Assembly (NCBI GenBank): GCA_016748015.1
Contig: JAAOMT010000529.1
Span: forward strand, 190,848 to 254,847
Length of the DNA stretch: 64,000 nucleotides
DNA from: Geosiphon pyriformis uo1
Lineage: Eukaryota > Fungi > Glomeromycota
Direction of reading: 5' to 3'
In this document: positions 24,431 to 37,431 of the stretch, one piece after another
Layout: every line of letters begins with the position of its first letter
Numbering within the stretch: the stretch's first letter is position 1
The notes under the pieces: generated by a model
Databases searched by the model: none
What the model was told of the DNA's origin: nothing
What the model saw: only the letters and a program-made list of their open reading frames with translations
Position numbers and translations under genes: made by a program

Positions 24431-24957
24431 TAAATATTATATGATTATTTTAAATTATTTGTATTATTGAACTTATAATAAAGTAATTAATTTTATATCA
24501 ATAAAGTTAATTTTTTTACAAAAATTTTTAATTTAAATAGTAATTAAATTTTATTATTTAAAAAAACTGTAATATTTAAGTATTTTAATAATTTAAATTA
24601 ATAATTACAATATTAAATAAATTATTATTTTTATAACATAAAAATAATACTATTATAAAATTCTTTAAATATAAATATTTAAAATAATTTTTACATAATA
24701 ATTATATTAAAAATAAAATATTGCAATTTTTTATTAATTAACAAATAGATGTACATATTTTTTTAATTTTAATTAACACATTTAAGAAACAAGAATTATG
24801 TTTTTATTTATAAAATACATATATAAACAATAAAAGTAAAATTTATAATATAATATTTATTAAGAGTTTTCTAAATTATAATAAATAATAAAAGAAATAA
24901 GTGTTAAACAAGAGTATAAATTTTATTAATGATTAAATGATAAATGTAATTTCTTAC

Positions 24958-26473
24958 CTTCAGGCAAATACACTAATTCTTTTATAAAAGTAAATTAAGA
25001 TAATTTTTTTTTAATATACAGTATAATAATTAAATTAATGAATTAATTACTTTTAAATTTAAATAAACTAACCTTTTGAAAAATCAACCATCTGTGCACT
25101 TAAAACACGACTTGTATAAACTGCTCCTGAATGAATGCTTGTTGTCATTGAGTCGTCGCCTTCTGCCATTTCTTTCAAGTATTTATCTGATTCTCTAAAC
25201 TCGGAATTCGTGTACGAAAGTTTACCCAACTTCCTGTAAACTTCTTCCGCAGTAGGACGATTCTTAGGAATAGGATCCCAACACTTTACAATTATTTTGG
25301 CAATTGAAGGCGGAATAAGTGAGGAAGTAATCTTAGGTCTTTGACCACTTATAATACCCATTATAAGAATATGATCATGAGAGCAATCATAAAAGGGAGG
25401 CTTTCCTGTTGCTAATTCCCATAATAACATGGCAAAACTATAAATATCACCAGCCGAAGTAAACTTTTTTCCTCTTAAAACTTCTGGTGGAATATATGGA
25501 ATCACTCCAAATATCTTTTTTTCCTCTGCTGTTGTTGTTGCTTCATTGTTTATAGGTTGACATAATCCGAGGTCGCAAATATTTACCTGAAAACTCTCTA
25601 ATTGCAGGATGTTGCCCGAGTGTAAGTCACGGTGAACCATACCAGAAAAACGAATATAATCAAGTCCAAAAGCTATCTGACGCGCGATCAATAATTTATG
25701 TTGCCAACTCGTAGAATGAAAATTTTTTGATAAATATTTTCGCATGTCTCCTTCTGGAGCAAACTCCATCACAATTCCATACTCAAGTGTTTCAGCATTT
25801 TGTGTAATCCCCCATATTAAAGAGATACCAATTAGATAATCCCCCCTCTTACTAAACATAACTCTTTGAAGATTTAACTATCAACATAATGTGAAAATGA
25901 CAATTAAGAAAATATATGATATAAATAATAAAATAAATAAACGATAATATACAGTAAATAAATATATAATAATAATAGTTTGTTTACCTCTTTAAACACT
26001 TCTGAACTGTTCGTTGGGATAATTTTTATTGCTACTTCATCAATCTTTTCTTCAAAGTTATTAGTTCTTCCTCTTTTATATTCCATTGAACTATGATGTT
26101 TTATACTTTCTACATCAAATAATCCATCAATTAGAGTTGCTTTATAAATTATACCAAACCCTCCTCTACCAATTTCCTTGATATTCGAGAAACGCTCCCA
26201 TGGAATCCATTCATAGTAATTCAAACTACCATTATTATCATTATCATTATTAGGTGGAATATAGATTGGATTTTTAATTATTTCATCAACTACTTTATTG
26301 CCGCTTGAAAAGTCTTTATAAAGGTTTTCAAGAAACATATACTGGCATGCACTACACTTATTTTTAGTACTATTGATTTTACATGCTTTACACTTGTCGC
26401 AATTATGAGCATATGGACGAGTGTTTTTAATAGAAGCTTTTGAAGGGGTTTTTTTAGTTTGAAGATTTCCCAT
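24958..26473 (-). CDS. Tyrosine-kinase-like (TKL) protein kinase, multi-exon
   Basis: Predicted exons 26473-25988 and 25877-25073, plus a probable micro-exon near 24978-24958 (3' end uncertain). IGRGGFG, VAIK, HRDLHSGNIL, ICDLGL, GVIPYIPPE, DIYSFAMLLWEL. Confidence 0.9.
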
Positions 26474-27242
26474 AGCGAATAAAATGTGAATAAATATTTT
26501 GAGAAGAAGCTTTATTTGATAGTACGTTTAGAAAGTAATATTTTAAAGGCGAAGTTAGCACATGTATTTATGTTGTTTCTCCATGTTCACATAGTTTAAG
26601 AGATATATATTGGTTGGCGCTAAGATCAGATTTACATTGATTATTGTTTTTTAGAGTGCTTATTGTAAGTTAATGTACTTTAGGGATGTATATGCACTAA
26701 CATAGTAGATTGTGTTTCGGTTAAGAACAATAATAATGTGAGCCGGATATGACTAATACTAATGGGGAGGGGATTAAAATGAATTAGAGAATATGTATGT
26801 AACTTTGGCAAAAGGTTTGTATGTGGAGACTGGTACATGGATGCAATTACGAGATCGTGAGGGGGTTTGGTTACTAACTGCAAAGTCACGAGCTAATATG
26901 GAGAAATTAGGGAAGAATAAAACTAGGGCGGTATGTGGCTGGAACATTTATGCGCCATGGGTGTACGTAAGCCACTCCAGTAGGAAATTTGCTGCAGTGG
27001 TTCAGCAATAGTAAAAAAATTTACATTTTTGTTTTTTATTTATTATGCAATATAAATGAATTGTTGTATTTCTAATTTTTTACATGACATTCATTTTAAC
27101 TAATTGTAACTGGGTTATTAATTAAGAGCTAAAAAATTAACAAAACAAAAACAGTGTATTTATAATGGATTTTCTAGAGTTTTTACTTATTTGAGCAATC
27201 TGCATTAACCAATACAGACTCCCCGCGTCTCTTGGTTTAAAG

Positions 27243-27248
27243 ACGCGT
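27243..27248. promoter_or_regulatory. MCB-like ACGCGT element upstream of SLX4
   Basis: ACGCGT about 220 bp upstream of the ATG, with a second CGCGT at 27224-27228. Confidence 0.35.
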
Positions 27249-27466
27249 TTTATAATTAAAATAAAAGTTGTCACATGAAAGACTTTGATTCATCAAATTC
27301 ATTCATTCATTCATATACATTAAACAAGTGTGAAAGGTTGTAGTGTTCAAAGTAATGATTCATACCATTTTAGCTTAATTTACGAGACAGGCTGTTTTTT
27401 AAACATTTTTTCGTATCGCCCCTTCGCCGGTTTGTCTTCAATACAAAATCGAAGCTTATCTCAAAT

Positions 27467-30353
27467 ATGAGTTTCGCTAAAAGCCTTTCAGAAAAGGAAT
27501 TTACATTGCCAAAAGTCATACTTCCAAAAAAGGACCGAAACTCCTCTCCAAAAAAGAAACCCTTTTCAAGTGATCCCGTCACCAGGCTTGGAAAATATAA
27601 TGGCAGCTCGGAATCTGCTGCTGCTATGAACATTACCCCCCCAAATGTACCTAGAAATTTTCTTCAAACAAAAGCTCCTCTGTCAACCTCGACCAAATTG
27701 AATGATATTGCTAAAACAACTTCCCAAATTTCGACTCCAAATCAGTATCATAGCCGAGGCATAAAAACAAAAAACAAACTAAAGTCAAAGAAAGCAAAGG
27801 TTACTAACAAGGTTCAAGGTGGTTCCCCCACTTCTGTTGAGCAATCTTCGCCCAAATCTAATATACTAGATTTCAAACGAGCAAAACTTCCATTGGTTGA
27901 GAGCACTCAGATTTTAACAACAACCAAAGATACTAATTCTGGACAATTTGACACAAGAAAACTCGATAATTCTTCATCTGAGCTCAATCACCAGGAAAAA
28001 AAACACAAAAATGCTCATTTTACAGCATATCCGGAAATTTCTCAAGAAAACGATCATGGTACAATAAAAAAGAATTCGACGATACCCATCATCAAAATAA
28101 AGAATGGTCAAGTTGATCGAAATGAAACCGAAAATGATCCCAGAATAAAAAAGGACAGCCCCCAAAATTTAATCCTTGGGGCCGATGATCCCTTCGAGTT
28201 GAACAGCTTGGATTATGAGCATGGTTTATTAGAGAGCACGGACCCTTTTTTTAAAGATATTGAACCCAAGAATGATTCTAATTTCAAAAAAGCTATAGTC
28301 AAGGATTCAAATTTAGGAAAGTTGAATAAGCTCAAGTGTGATCATGATTCACCAAAGAGGGTGAATCAATTCATAAATAATGCTGATATAAATAAAGATA
28401 GCGGTGAATTCTTAAATTCATATGCTAATGACTTCATAAATAAATTTCGGGAAGATGAGGTATGTTTTAAGAAGATTTACTGAATCATGTTCTGGGATAT
28501 TCAACAACGAGGTCTAAAAGCGAATAATATATTAAGGGACGCTTTGTCTGCTTTCGGCCTATGTCAAGAGAGGACGAAGAGTCGTTCTCAACAGAACTTA
28601 AGGATTTTGTGTTGAAGTGTCAAGCTCAGATGTGCACTGGCCTTCAAGATTTGTGGCTTAAATATCGTCCTAAAGTATCTTTACTTTTTATTAGGTAAAA
28701 TGTATTTTCAATGTTTGATTATAAATCAAATGCGCTAAATTTGTTTGCAGGTCTGCGCCACAATTCGAGCGCATCATGAACAGTTAAATATCCAGGAATC
28801 AATCAATCAAGTTAAAACTGAAATGTATCGACAGAAGGATGATATTCAAGAGTCAACAAGTTGTGTTAGCCCACAAACTCCAATCCAGAACTATAAAAAT
28901 GAATACACCAGCCAGGAATCAGTTGATCAGGATCTATCGTATTCAGATATAACCGATGACTTGACCATCTTGTCACTTCCCCCTCGATTAAAACTTTCTT
29001 TCGAGATTTCCCCCTTTAAAGATAGCATAGATGAATCCACTCAAATATTGATGGATTCACTCGACGATCTTGAGGGTAAAAAAAGAGATTCCTTCATGAA
29101 CTTCAAATTGGCTGAAAACGATGAAGCCATCTTCAATGTTACTCCATCAAACAGATATAAGAGAAATTTGCTGTCTAGTGAAAAACTAGCTTCGCATACC
29201 CACTCAGAAACTGGCAATATTTTCTCCCAGAAAGCATCCGTATCATATTTCAATGATGGAAAAGATAAAGTTCTTGTTAGACCACAAACAACTTTGGGCT
29301 CTCACATTAAAGATCCCCTCAAAAACTACAACAAAATTAATGAGGCTTCAAATGAGTTCCTTCTGGGTTATGATGACAATTCTTCACCACTTCGACATTT
29401 CAACAGGAGTCCAGTGACAAGTCTGAAATCATTAAGCGATTCTGAAGCTCAATTGGTGATTAAAACAAAGTTGGTGTCAAAAACTAATTCCACACTTGGG
29501 GAAAATGTTTTGGAGATGGAAGCACTTAATGAAGATATCCCAAAGTATTCTGAAATGTCCTTACAGGAATTAAAGGTAAATAGGAAGAAAGCTTTATTAA
29601 TCAATGCAATAATAGTATAAAATGCTGGGAATTAATGGTTTTTACATGATTAGACAGCTGTTCAGAAATTTGGAATTCGTCCTAGTTCAAGAGGTATAAT
29701 GATACGTCAGTTGCAGAATCTATGGGATGCTGTGAATGGACAACAAGAAAAAGATTCTATTGGGAAATTCAAAGTGGAAGTCACAAAAGATTTACAAGAC
29801 GAACAAAGTTTCTTCTCTCCACTGGCTGAAACAGTCGAGGAATTGAGCAATATGGACAGTGAAGGAGCAGATGAGATTGATTCGGATTTTGAAAATACAT
29901 GGGATGATTTTTGCTCATCAGAACCGTCCGATGCTCCAGGATCTAAGCCAATAATAACTTATACTTCAAATAAAATTAAGGATTATATTGAATCTAACCC
30001 ACAATACCACATGAAAGTGCTTGAATATCAGGTTTTTTAAAGTTTTTTTTTAATTTAATTTCCATCAAATCCTCAGGCTGCTAACTGAATGAATTGGGTG
30101 TATTTTTACCACTAGCCTATAAACTTGGAAAAATTCTATCTTGATATCCAAAATTCCGGCATAGAATGTACCAAGACGCAATTGCGTGCCTTTTGTGATT
30201 CACAGGTACTGATCACATCTAATAAATGACATAATTCGGATTATTATTTTACTTAATAATTTATATCATTAGGCAATCATAACATACATCCCAAATAAAA
30301 CCAAGAAAAAGTTCGTTTCACATCGAAGCCTCAAGAATCCGAGGAAAAAATAA
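27467..30353 (+). CDS. SLX4: Structure-specific endonuclease scaffold subunit SLX4, 6 exons
   Basis: Predicted exons 27467-28459, 28537-28674, 28751-29575, 29654-30031, 30116-30205 and 30273-30353 all splice in frame. SAP motif IPKYSEMSLQELKTAVQKFGIRPSSRGIMIRQLQNLW. C-terminal SLX1-binding motif YHMKVLEYQPINLEKF...LRAFCDSQAI. Confidence 0.85.
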
Positions 30354-31706
30354 ATTATCCAGGTTGATTCATAATTAACAAAGCATTGATCTTGTTTTTT
30401 TTGGAATGTGTTCGAGATAAAAAAAAGCTTTTCAAAACCAAGACTAAATAAAAAGAGAGCTTTTTTTTAATCACTTAGGGGAGTTGCCAATTTTACGGGT
30501 GTGACTCCTTGTCATAAAATTTGATCACGAACTTTACTAGTGCACATCTTCTCGTCGTGACCCATAAATTTTTGTGTGATAACTCGCTTCTACCAATGGC
30601 GCGGAAGAGATTTAGCCTGCTTGACGAACAACCCGCCCCTAATTCGTGATTTATAAGTTTGGACTAATAAAGAACTTTAATGCCCAATATAATGATTGGT
30701 TTTTTAATGTCATCTGAAAGTTAAAGTGAAAGATCCTTGCCACCGAGATAATTCGATCTCTGAAGCATTAATCCTTGGGTAATTTAAAATCATAATTTGA
30801 ATAATTTACTTGAATTTTCAAATTGTATTTTGTTCATTAAATTCTTACACAAAAAATAGTGAAATTTACATTACGTTATTTCAAAACAAAAAATAAGCTT
30901 GTATTTAAAACTTTTCTTTAATTAATATCGAATAGTAATAGATAAATGCAAGAATATAAAATTTTTACAATAATTTAATAATGAATAAAATTAAATTAAA
31001 ATTTCTGTTTTTTATAAAACAATTTTTTTATTAAAAAATATATTTATTATAAAAAAGTACCAAAAAACAATTTATAAGAAAATATTATTGAATTTTTTTT
31101 ACATTTATAATATAATATAATATAATATTTTTTATAATTAGAATTTATATAATTTTTAAAATATTTAAAAATTTTATTAATCTGTTATATTTAAAATTGT
31201 GTATAATTATATATATATATTATTAATAAAATTTTTAATTAAAATTATATTAATATAAACAAAATTATTAAGAATATTATTAATAAGAAATTTAAAACAA
31301 ATTATTTATTTTCTTTAATATTAATTATATTTTTATCTTTATTTTTTTTGGTTTTATTACATATTTATCTTTATATACTTAAATTTTAAATTTACTAGTT
31401 TTTTATTTTAAAATTATTATATGTATATTTACTTATTTAATTGATTTTTACAAAATTTTTTTAATAAAATAATTTGTTTTATTACAAAATCTTATTAATA
31501 AATACTAAAAATAAATTTTTTTTATTAATATTTATTTAAAAATATCAAAGCATAATGTAACATTGTAAAAAACAAATATAATATTATTACTTTAATATAA
31601 TGTAAATTTCAAGTAAATGAAAATAAGTATACCAAGTTAAAAAAGCAAAAATAAGTTTTGTGACTATGTCATATTTTAAGATTTTTTAGTTTGAATTGTT
31701 GATCCT

Positions 31707-31712
31707 ACGCGT
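31707..31712. promoter_or_regulatory. MCB-like ACGCGT element upstream of ORC1
   Basis: ACGCGT about 95 bp upstream of the predicted ATG at 31806. Confidence 0.4.
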
Positions 31713-31805
31713 AACTCAAGCCTTATATATACGCTTTAAATTTTCTGCCTAAAGTTTCAACTTTGGAAGGAATCCTCTCTTGTAACGCTAAGATCTATTT
31801 AGAAT

Positions 31806-32908
31806 ATGCCTCCCCGCAAGAACCTGAGCCCAAACCAATCAATAGAAAAGGGGGTAATACCTCGTCAGACTAGATCTCAAGCAAAAAAACTTATTGAGGC
31901 AGAACAGCAGGAAAAGCAATCAGTGTTAAGGAATGGTGACAAGTCAAAAAGTAAAAAGTCGCGAGGAGAGGTGAAATAATGTGGCAATCAAGATTTTTCA
32001 TGAGACAAGTGAACTTTTGTGAAGAGTTTATTGACCATCAATTTTTTTCGGCATCTTTCAAGAAAGTGAAGTCTCGTTCGATCAATCAAAAACTGACAGT
32101 TAACCCCAAACCAAAGGTATTTTAGGTTGGAATGAATTATTTGGGTCGTTTTGTCAATTGTAAAATCAAATTACTACCAAAATTTGTATCGCACAGGACT
32201 CGCATAAAAAATCAGTTGAAACCGTTGATCAAACTCAAAAAGTTGTCCAATCCAAAGGAAAAAGGGCGCGATCCAATATCCCACAAAAAACACACGTACT
32301 TCGGGGCCGAAAAATAGTTGTTACTTCCGTCAATGAATTTAATAGTGAAAATGAGGATGAAGAATATGAACAATTTCAACCATCTGCCGAAGTTGAGACT
32401 AATTTGAAAAGAAAAAATCAAACCAAAAACATTTCCGCGAAAACCATGGAGACAGAGGTTGCTGAAGAACAAGATAATACAAAAATTCAAACGCGATCAG
32501 CAAGAAAAAAAATAAATAATACTCCTCTAAATACAAAATCAAAAGAAGACATTGTTCAGGAAAATATAGATAGCGATAATAGTGGGAATAATGAAACGAC
32601 AGATTGCCGACCCCAAATTCGGAGCCCAAGATCATCTACACAATCTCCGATTAATTTGCCCACCGACCCTATGACCTTGAAAGATACAAGGGTCTTGGAT
32701 GATATTTTGGCTGCAGATGAGAGAGCTTCATCAGAAGGATCGATGTCAAATGGACTCAAAGCACGATTAAGAAAACCCAAAGAATTAGAAAGCTCGAAGG
32801 TCGTCACTTCCAGTAGGGGAAACTTGGCAAAAAATTCCGATTTTGACCATCCAGGGAACGATTACGATGAGGATTATATTGATGATCAAAATGAGGAGGA
32901 GGAGGAGG

Positions 32909-32955
<47 letters not shown>

Positions 32956-34949
32956 TATATCGAAAAGTCCACCCCCTCTAGAAGGACAAGAAGCAAACTG
33001 ACTTTAGATAAAACTCCAAAAAGTAGTCCGTCTAAAAGGGGCTCGCTTACTCCTCAAAAAAAGAGAGAGAATGAAATCAAATTGTTTACACCTTCCCCCC
33101 AAAAAAGAAAATATGTGGTGAATTCGAGAACTCCAACAACACCTTCACCAAAAAGGTAGACAATTATGAAGTTTTTAAATTTTGTTATCAAAAGGTCATT
33201 CAAATACTAATATTAGGAATGATAAATAATCATTTATCTCGGGACGATCCTTCAAAGGGTTGTATACAAAAAGGAAATATTTTTCATGCACACTTTCTTA
33301 TCTTGATTAATTTTCTACTAATAGGCTAAAACGCAGTATATCAACCACCCCTCTTCCGCAAAGAACTCTCCAATCAAAAGGATCTGGAACGCCTTTTGAG
33401 CATGCAAGAGAAAGATTGCACGTCTCTGCCGTCCCCGATACTTTACCTTGTCGTGAAAATGAATTTACAGAGATAATGGGGCACTTAGAAGGAGCAATAG
33501 AAGGGAAAAATGGGACTTGTCTTTACATATCAGGTATTCCAGGAACAGGAAAAACTGCAACTGTACGTGAAGTCATCAGAATTTTACAAGAAAAAGTTGT
33601 GGAGCAGGTTAGATCCCCTTTTTCCTTGAGGTTTTTCATGATATTATTGAAGAATTTTTTACCAAAACAAATCCCGTGAAACAGGAACTGAATCCATTTC
33701 AATTTACCGAAATAAATGGGCTCAAATTAACTGATCCTGCACAAACCTACAGCGCACTTTGGGAATCATTGTCTGAAGAAAAAGTTTCCTCTAATCATGC
33801 TGTTTCTTTGCTTGAAGAGCATTTCAGACTCTCAGCTTCAAATTTTGATCCATGGTATGATTGAATATATACATCCATTCGAGCTGGAATTTTCATTTTT
33901 TTTTTTACTTAATCTTAAAACTCCACTTTCTTATTGTTCAGGGTGGTTTTTTTGGATGAACTAGATATGCTTTTCACAGCAAACCAGAACGTGATGTACA
34001 ACATTTTTAACTGGCCAAATTTACCCAATTCCAGGCTAATTCTGATAGCTGTGGCAAATACGATGGACCTCCCCGAAAGAATGAATCACAAAAAGATATC
34101 CAGTCGTATGGGTAAATAATTTGAATTAACCGTGTAATATGACTGAATCACAAATTAATCTCAAAAGTTTCAACACTCAGGGCTTGCTCGAATTAATTTT
34201 CCTTCGTATACCCATCAACAATTAATAAAAATTGTCCAGTCGAGGCTTGTGGGTATTGAAGCATTTGAAAAAGATGCAATTGAGTTTGCCGCCAGAAAAG
34301 TGAGTGCCATATCAGGTGACGCTCGAAGAGCTTTAGATATTTGCAGGTAAATCTTTAGCCCTCGTGTGCGTTTATCAATAATGAACAATTGCCATTTGAA
34401 CTAACAGCCGGTAGGACTTTTTAGGCGGGCCGTTGAAATACTGGAATCTGATCTTAAACATGTCCATGGAGAAGCAACTTCATCTAATCATCATGTAACT
34501 ATTTCTATAATTGATAAGGCCGTGAAAGAAATGCTTAGTTCTCCTAGTGTTTCTTTTGTACGCCGTGCATCCTTATACCAGAAACTGTTTTTATGGTCAG
34601 TTGTGGAAACTCAAAGACGCAGAGGGATTGACGAAATGGAATTTCAAGAGGTAAACAATATTGAAATTTTCACAACTTTTTTATTTCATATTGACTGACC
34701 TTTTAAATTGACAATAATTGACATAAGGTCGCTCAAAGTAACACCTCATTATGCATGCTTCATTGCATTGAAGCACCATCCTACTCGGATCTTTCTGCCA
34801 TATGCTCTTATCTTGGTGCTTGTGGTGCTCTCTGTGTACAAGACGGGAAACGCGGCATTTATCAACGCATTCGTCTGAACTGTGTGTCTGAAGAAGATGT
34901 TATCATGGCGTTGAAGCAAGATCAATTCTTTAAAAGAATCATAGGGTAG
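31806..34949 (+). CDS. ORC1: Origin recognition complex subunit 1 (AAA+ ATPase and winged helix), about 9 exons
   Basis: [21 protein letters not shown], Walker [25 protein letters not shown], Walker [42 protein letters not shown]-terminal exons 31806-31970, 32063-32116 and 32197-33155 splice in frame. Confidence 0.92.
32894..32954 (+). repeat. (GAG)n(GAT)n coding microsatellite (poly-E/poly-D in ORC1)
   Basis: Seen directly in the sequence. Confidence 0.95.
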
Positions 34950-35622
34950 TTACGTCAAAAGTGAAATGCTGTAAAATAAAATGTATATAACATATTCAAG
35001 ATTTACTTCAGAATTTTAATTATAATATTAAATGGAAGGTAATCAAAATATTTAAAGATGGTGAATAATAACTGCTATTCAAAGAACCTAAATTAACTGA
35101 GAACATTTGAACTTGAATCAAAGAACTTAAAATCAAATAATCATTCTTAATACTCGATATTATCAGATTAAATGTTGCGTCCATGCATTTTTTTATTAGT
35201 AATAACAACGAGAGTTGATATGAAAATCTCAAGAAATATGTTATCAAATAATCTAAAAATATTTTTACTAAACTAGTTCTGAATGATATTATAATTGTTA
35301 AACTTTTATTAAAAATTAATATTATTATATATTAAAACTATATTTTAAGTAAGATTAAAACAAAACAAAAAATATACTTAAATGTATATTTAAATATAAA
35401 AACAAATTAATGTGATCAACTTTCTGAATTATTTTGTTAATTACTTTTTTATAATTTTTTTTTGGACAGTATAATTTATTAATTCTAATTTTATTTAAAT
35501 GATTTTGATCATAAAAAAAAATAATTATAATTATATAATTTGCAATTATAATTATATGAAAATTAAGCATTAAATTGGTTTAAAATTAGAATTTATTATT
35601 ATTATGCATAATTGATATATCA

Positions 35623-36689
35623 TTACCATCTTTCAAATGAAATTTGTTTTTCCTTCAAACCAGCTTTTCTCAACCAACCAATAATGTCGACTTCCATTTG
35701 ACCAGGCCCACATATAAAAGACTTCAAGTGTGGTAGATGAATCTTATTAATTATTTCTGTTAAATGAACTTGAGAAATCCTTTCATATCGAAACATTCCG
35801 GAATTTTCTTTTTCGGGATCAAATGAAGATGAAGCTTTCCTCGTTAGAAAATAAGAGCACTCTAAAAAACCTTTACTTTTCTCTTTAAGTTGTTCAATCC
35901 GTTGGAAAAACAATAATTCATCACGAGTTCTTGCGCTGTACATCAACCATATCTTTTGAATTCCATTTAGAGAGCCATCCCTTCTGTCATTTTCCCTTCC
36001 ATCAATAAGACTGGTTATCATGCTCACAAGTGGATTAATCCCAGCCCCACCAGCTACAAACAATAACCTAGGTATAAAAGGAAATTATAAGCATATACCT
36101 CCAAAAAAAAGATCGCGATAATCATTTCGACATACGTTTGAATATCATTTTTCTTTTCATCTTCTCTGTTATAAATAAAATTTCCTCCGACTCTAATATT
36201 GACAACACTACCTACAGTGGCTTGCTATATCTTTCTTAGTGGCGTAATAAAATTTATTTTTTTTCAATAAAATGTCAAAATTTTGAAAAAAAATAAAAAC
36301 CTCGTGAAACCATTTGGCTGGAGGGTGTGAAGAGTATTTAATGGCAAGATTCAAGGTTTGAGTAAGCCGAAAATGACGTGGAGTAGAAGTAATTGAGAAG
36401 CCACCCACAATTGGAATTTCAGTAAAAACATCAAGCCATTGACCAGGAAAAAAATTTATTTGTAGAGGATCTTCTGGTTTTAAAATAAAACTTTTAACAG
36501 TTGGAGTTTCTTTGATTATACTAATAATTGTTGCGGGAACCTTTTTCTTTAGAAGGAAAGTGGCCAAATTAACTAAGACAATGATTTAAAAGAATGTGAA
36601 ACAACCATACATACTCCTTGTCTTTGAATATTTGCTGTTCGTTCTAGATGATTATTTAGCAGAGAAAACTCGTTAATTGAGGAACTCAT
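35623..36689 (-). CDS. OXNAD1: Oxidoreductase NAD-binding domain protein (FNR family, OXNAD1-like), 4 exons
   Basis: NHLERTA, FFPGQWLDVF..IVGGFSITSTP, AIKYSSHPPAKWFH, RVGGNF, FVAGGAGINPLVSM, FICGPGQM, ISFERW. Confidence 0.88.
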
Positions 36690-37058
36690 TGTTCGCGATA
36701 GTCGTCTTTGAACAAATCTCCAATTAAAGAAAAGTGAATTAATCATATTAATGTCACTTTGACGGTCATGAAAAATGGATATTGAGTCTTAGGTTTTTCA
36801 AAACTAATTTTTATAATTTTATTTCAAAGGTCATTTGAAGATTTACATTTCAAAATATTTTTTTGAATATATTAATACATTGATAAAAACATTGTTCCCA
36901 AGTATTTAAAAACAATTATATAACATCAACTTAATTTTTATTCAGATTTATTAAAAATGCCATGTAATTTTAGATATCCAGATTAATAAAATTTAAAATG
37001 AATTTTTTTTAATTTGATTTTTCGAGTACACAAGATAAAATTAATACCTGAATAACAG

Positions 37059-37175
37059 AGAAAGCTTCAAAATCGGTGGTTTGACTTTGGCGCTGATACT
37101 GTAATCAACACCAATAAATATATTCGTTTGACACATGATCGGCCTTCTCAAACTGGTTGGTTATGGAGTCGATTG
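37059..37175 (+). pseudogene. Isolated exon of an L-type lectin cargo receptor (VIP36/LMAN2/Emp46-like)
   Basis: cag|RKLQNRWFDFGADTVINTNKYIRLTHDRPSQTGWLWSRL|gtaaat. No neighbouring lectin exons found. Confidence 0.7.
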
Positions 37176-37431
37176 GTAAATTCATTTTTCACATAAATAA
37201 TATCTTTCTAAAATTAATCCGAAAATGAGCTTTCACAAGTTGATTTATTGGGAATAGGCAATACATTTAATCTGTAATAAGAGCAGTACTAGTCCCTTCT
37301 CTGTTTCATCAAGGAAAAACAGTTACCAATCATTTCAACAATGATTTTCTTTTCATTCTTTAAACAATGAGTATTTATAAAATATTTTTTATTTTTTTTA
37401 AAATAATAATACAAACATTAAAAATCCCTTT

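Noticed and set aside
26680-27011. Small overlapping ORFs between the kinase and SLX4
   Set aside because: No recognisable motif or supporting splice structure; most likely divergent promoter DNA.
28675-28750. SLX4 intron 2 with donor GTATCTTT as a U12-type intron
   Set aside because: The donor deviates from GTATCCTT and no TCCTTAAC branch point is present.
30471-30580. U1 snRNA (GATCACGAA, TGCAC, Sm-like AATTTTTG)
   Set aside because: Lacks the 5' ATACTTACCTG and the motif spacing does not fit U1. Kept only as a generic ncRNA candidate.
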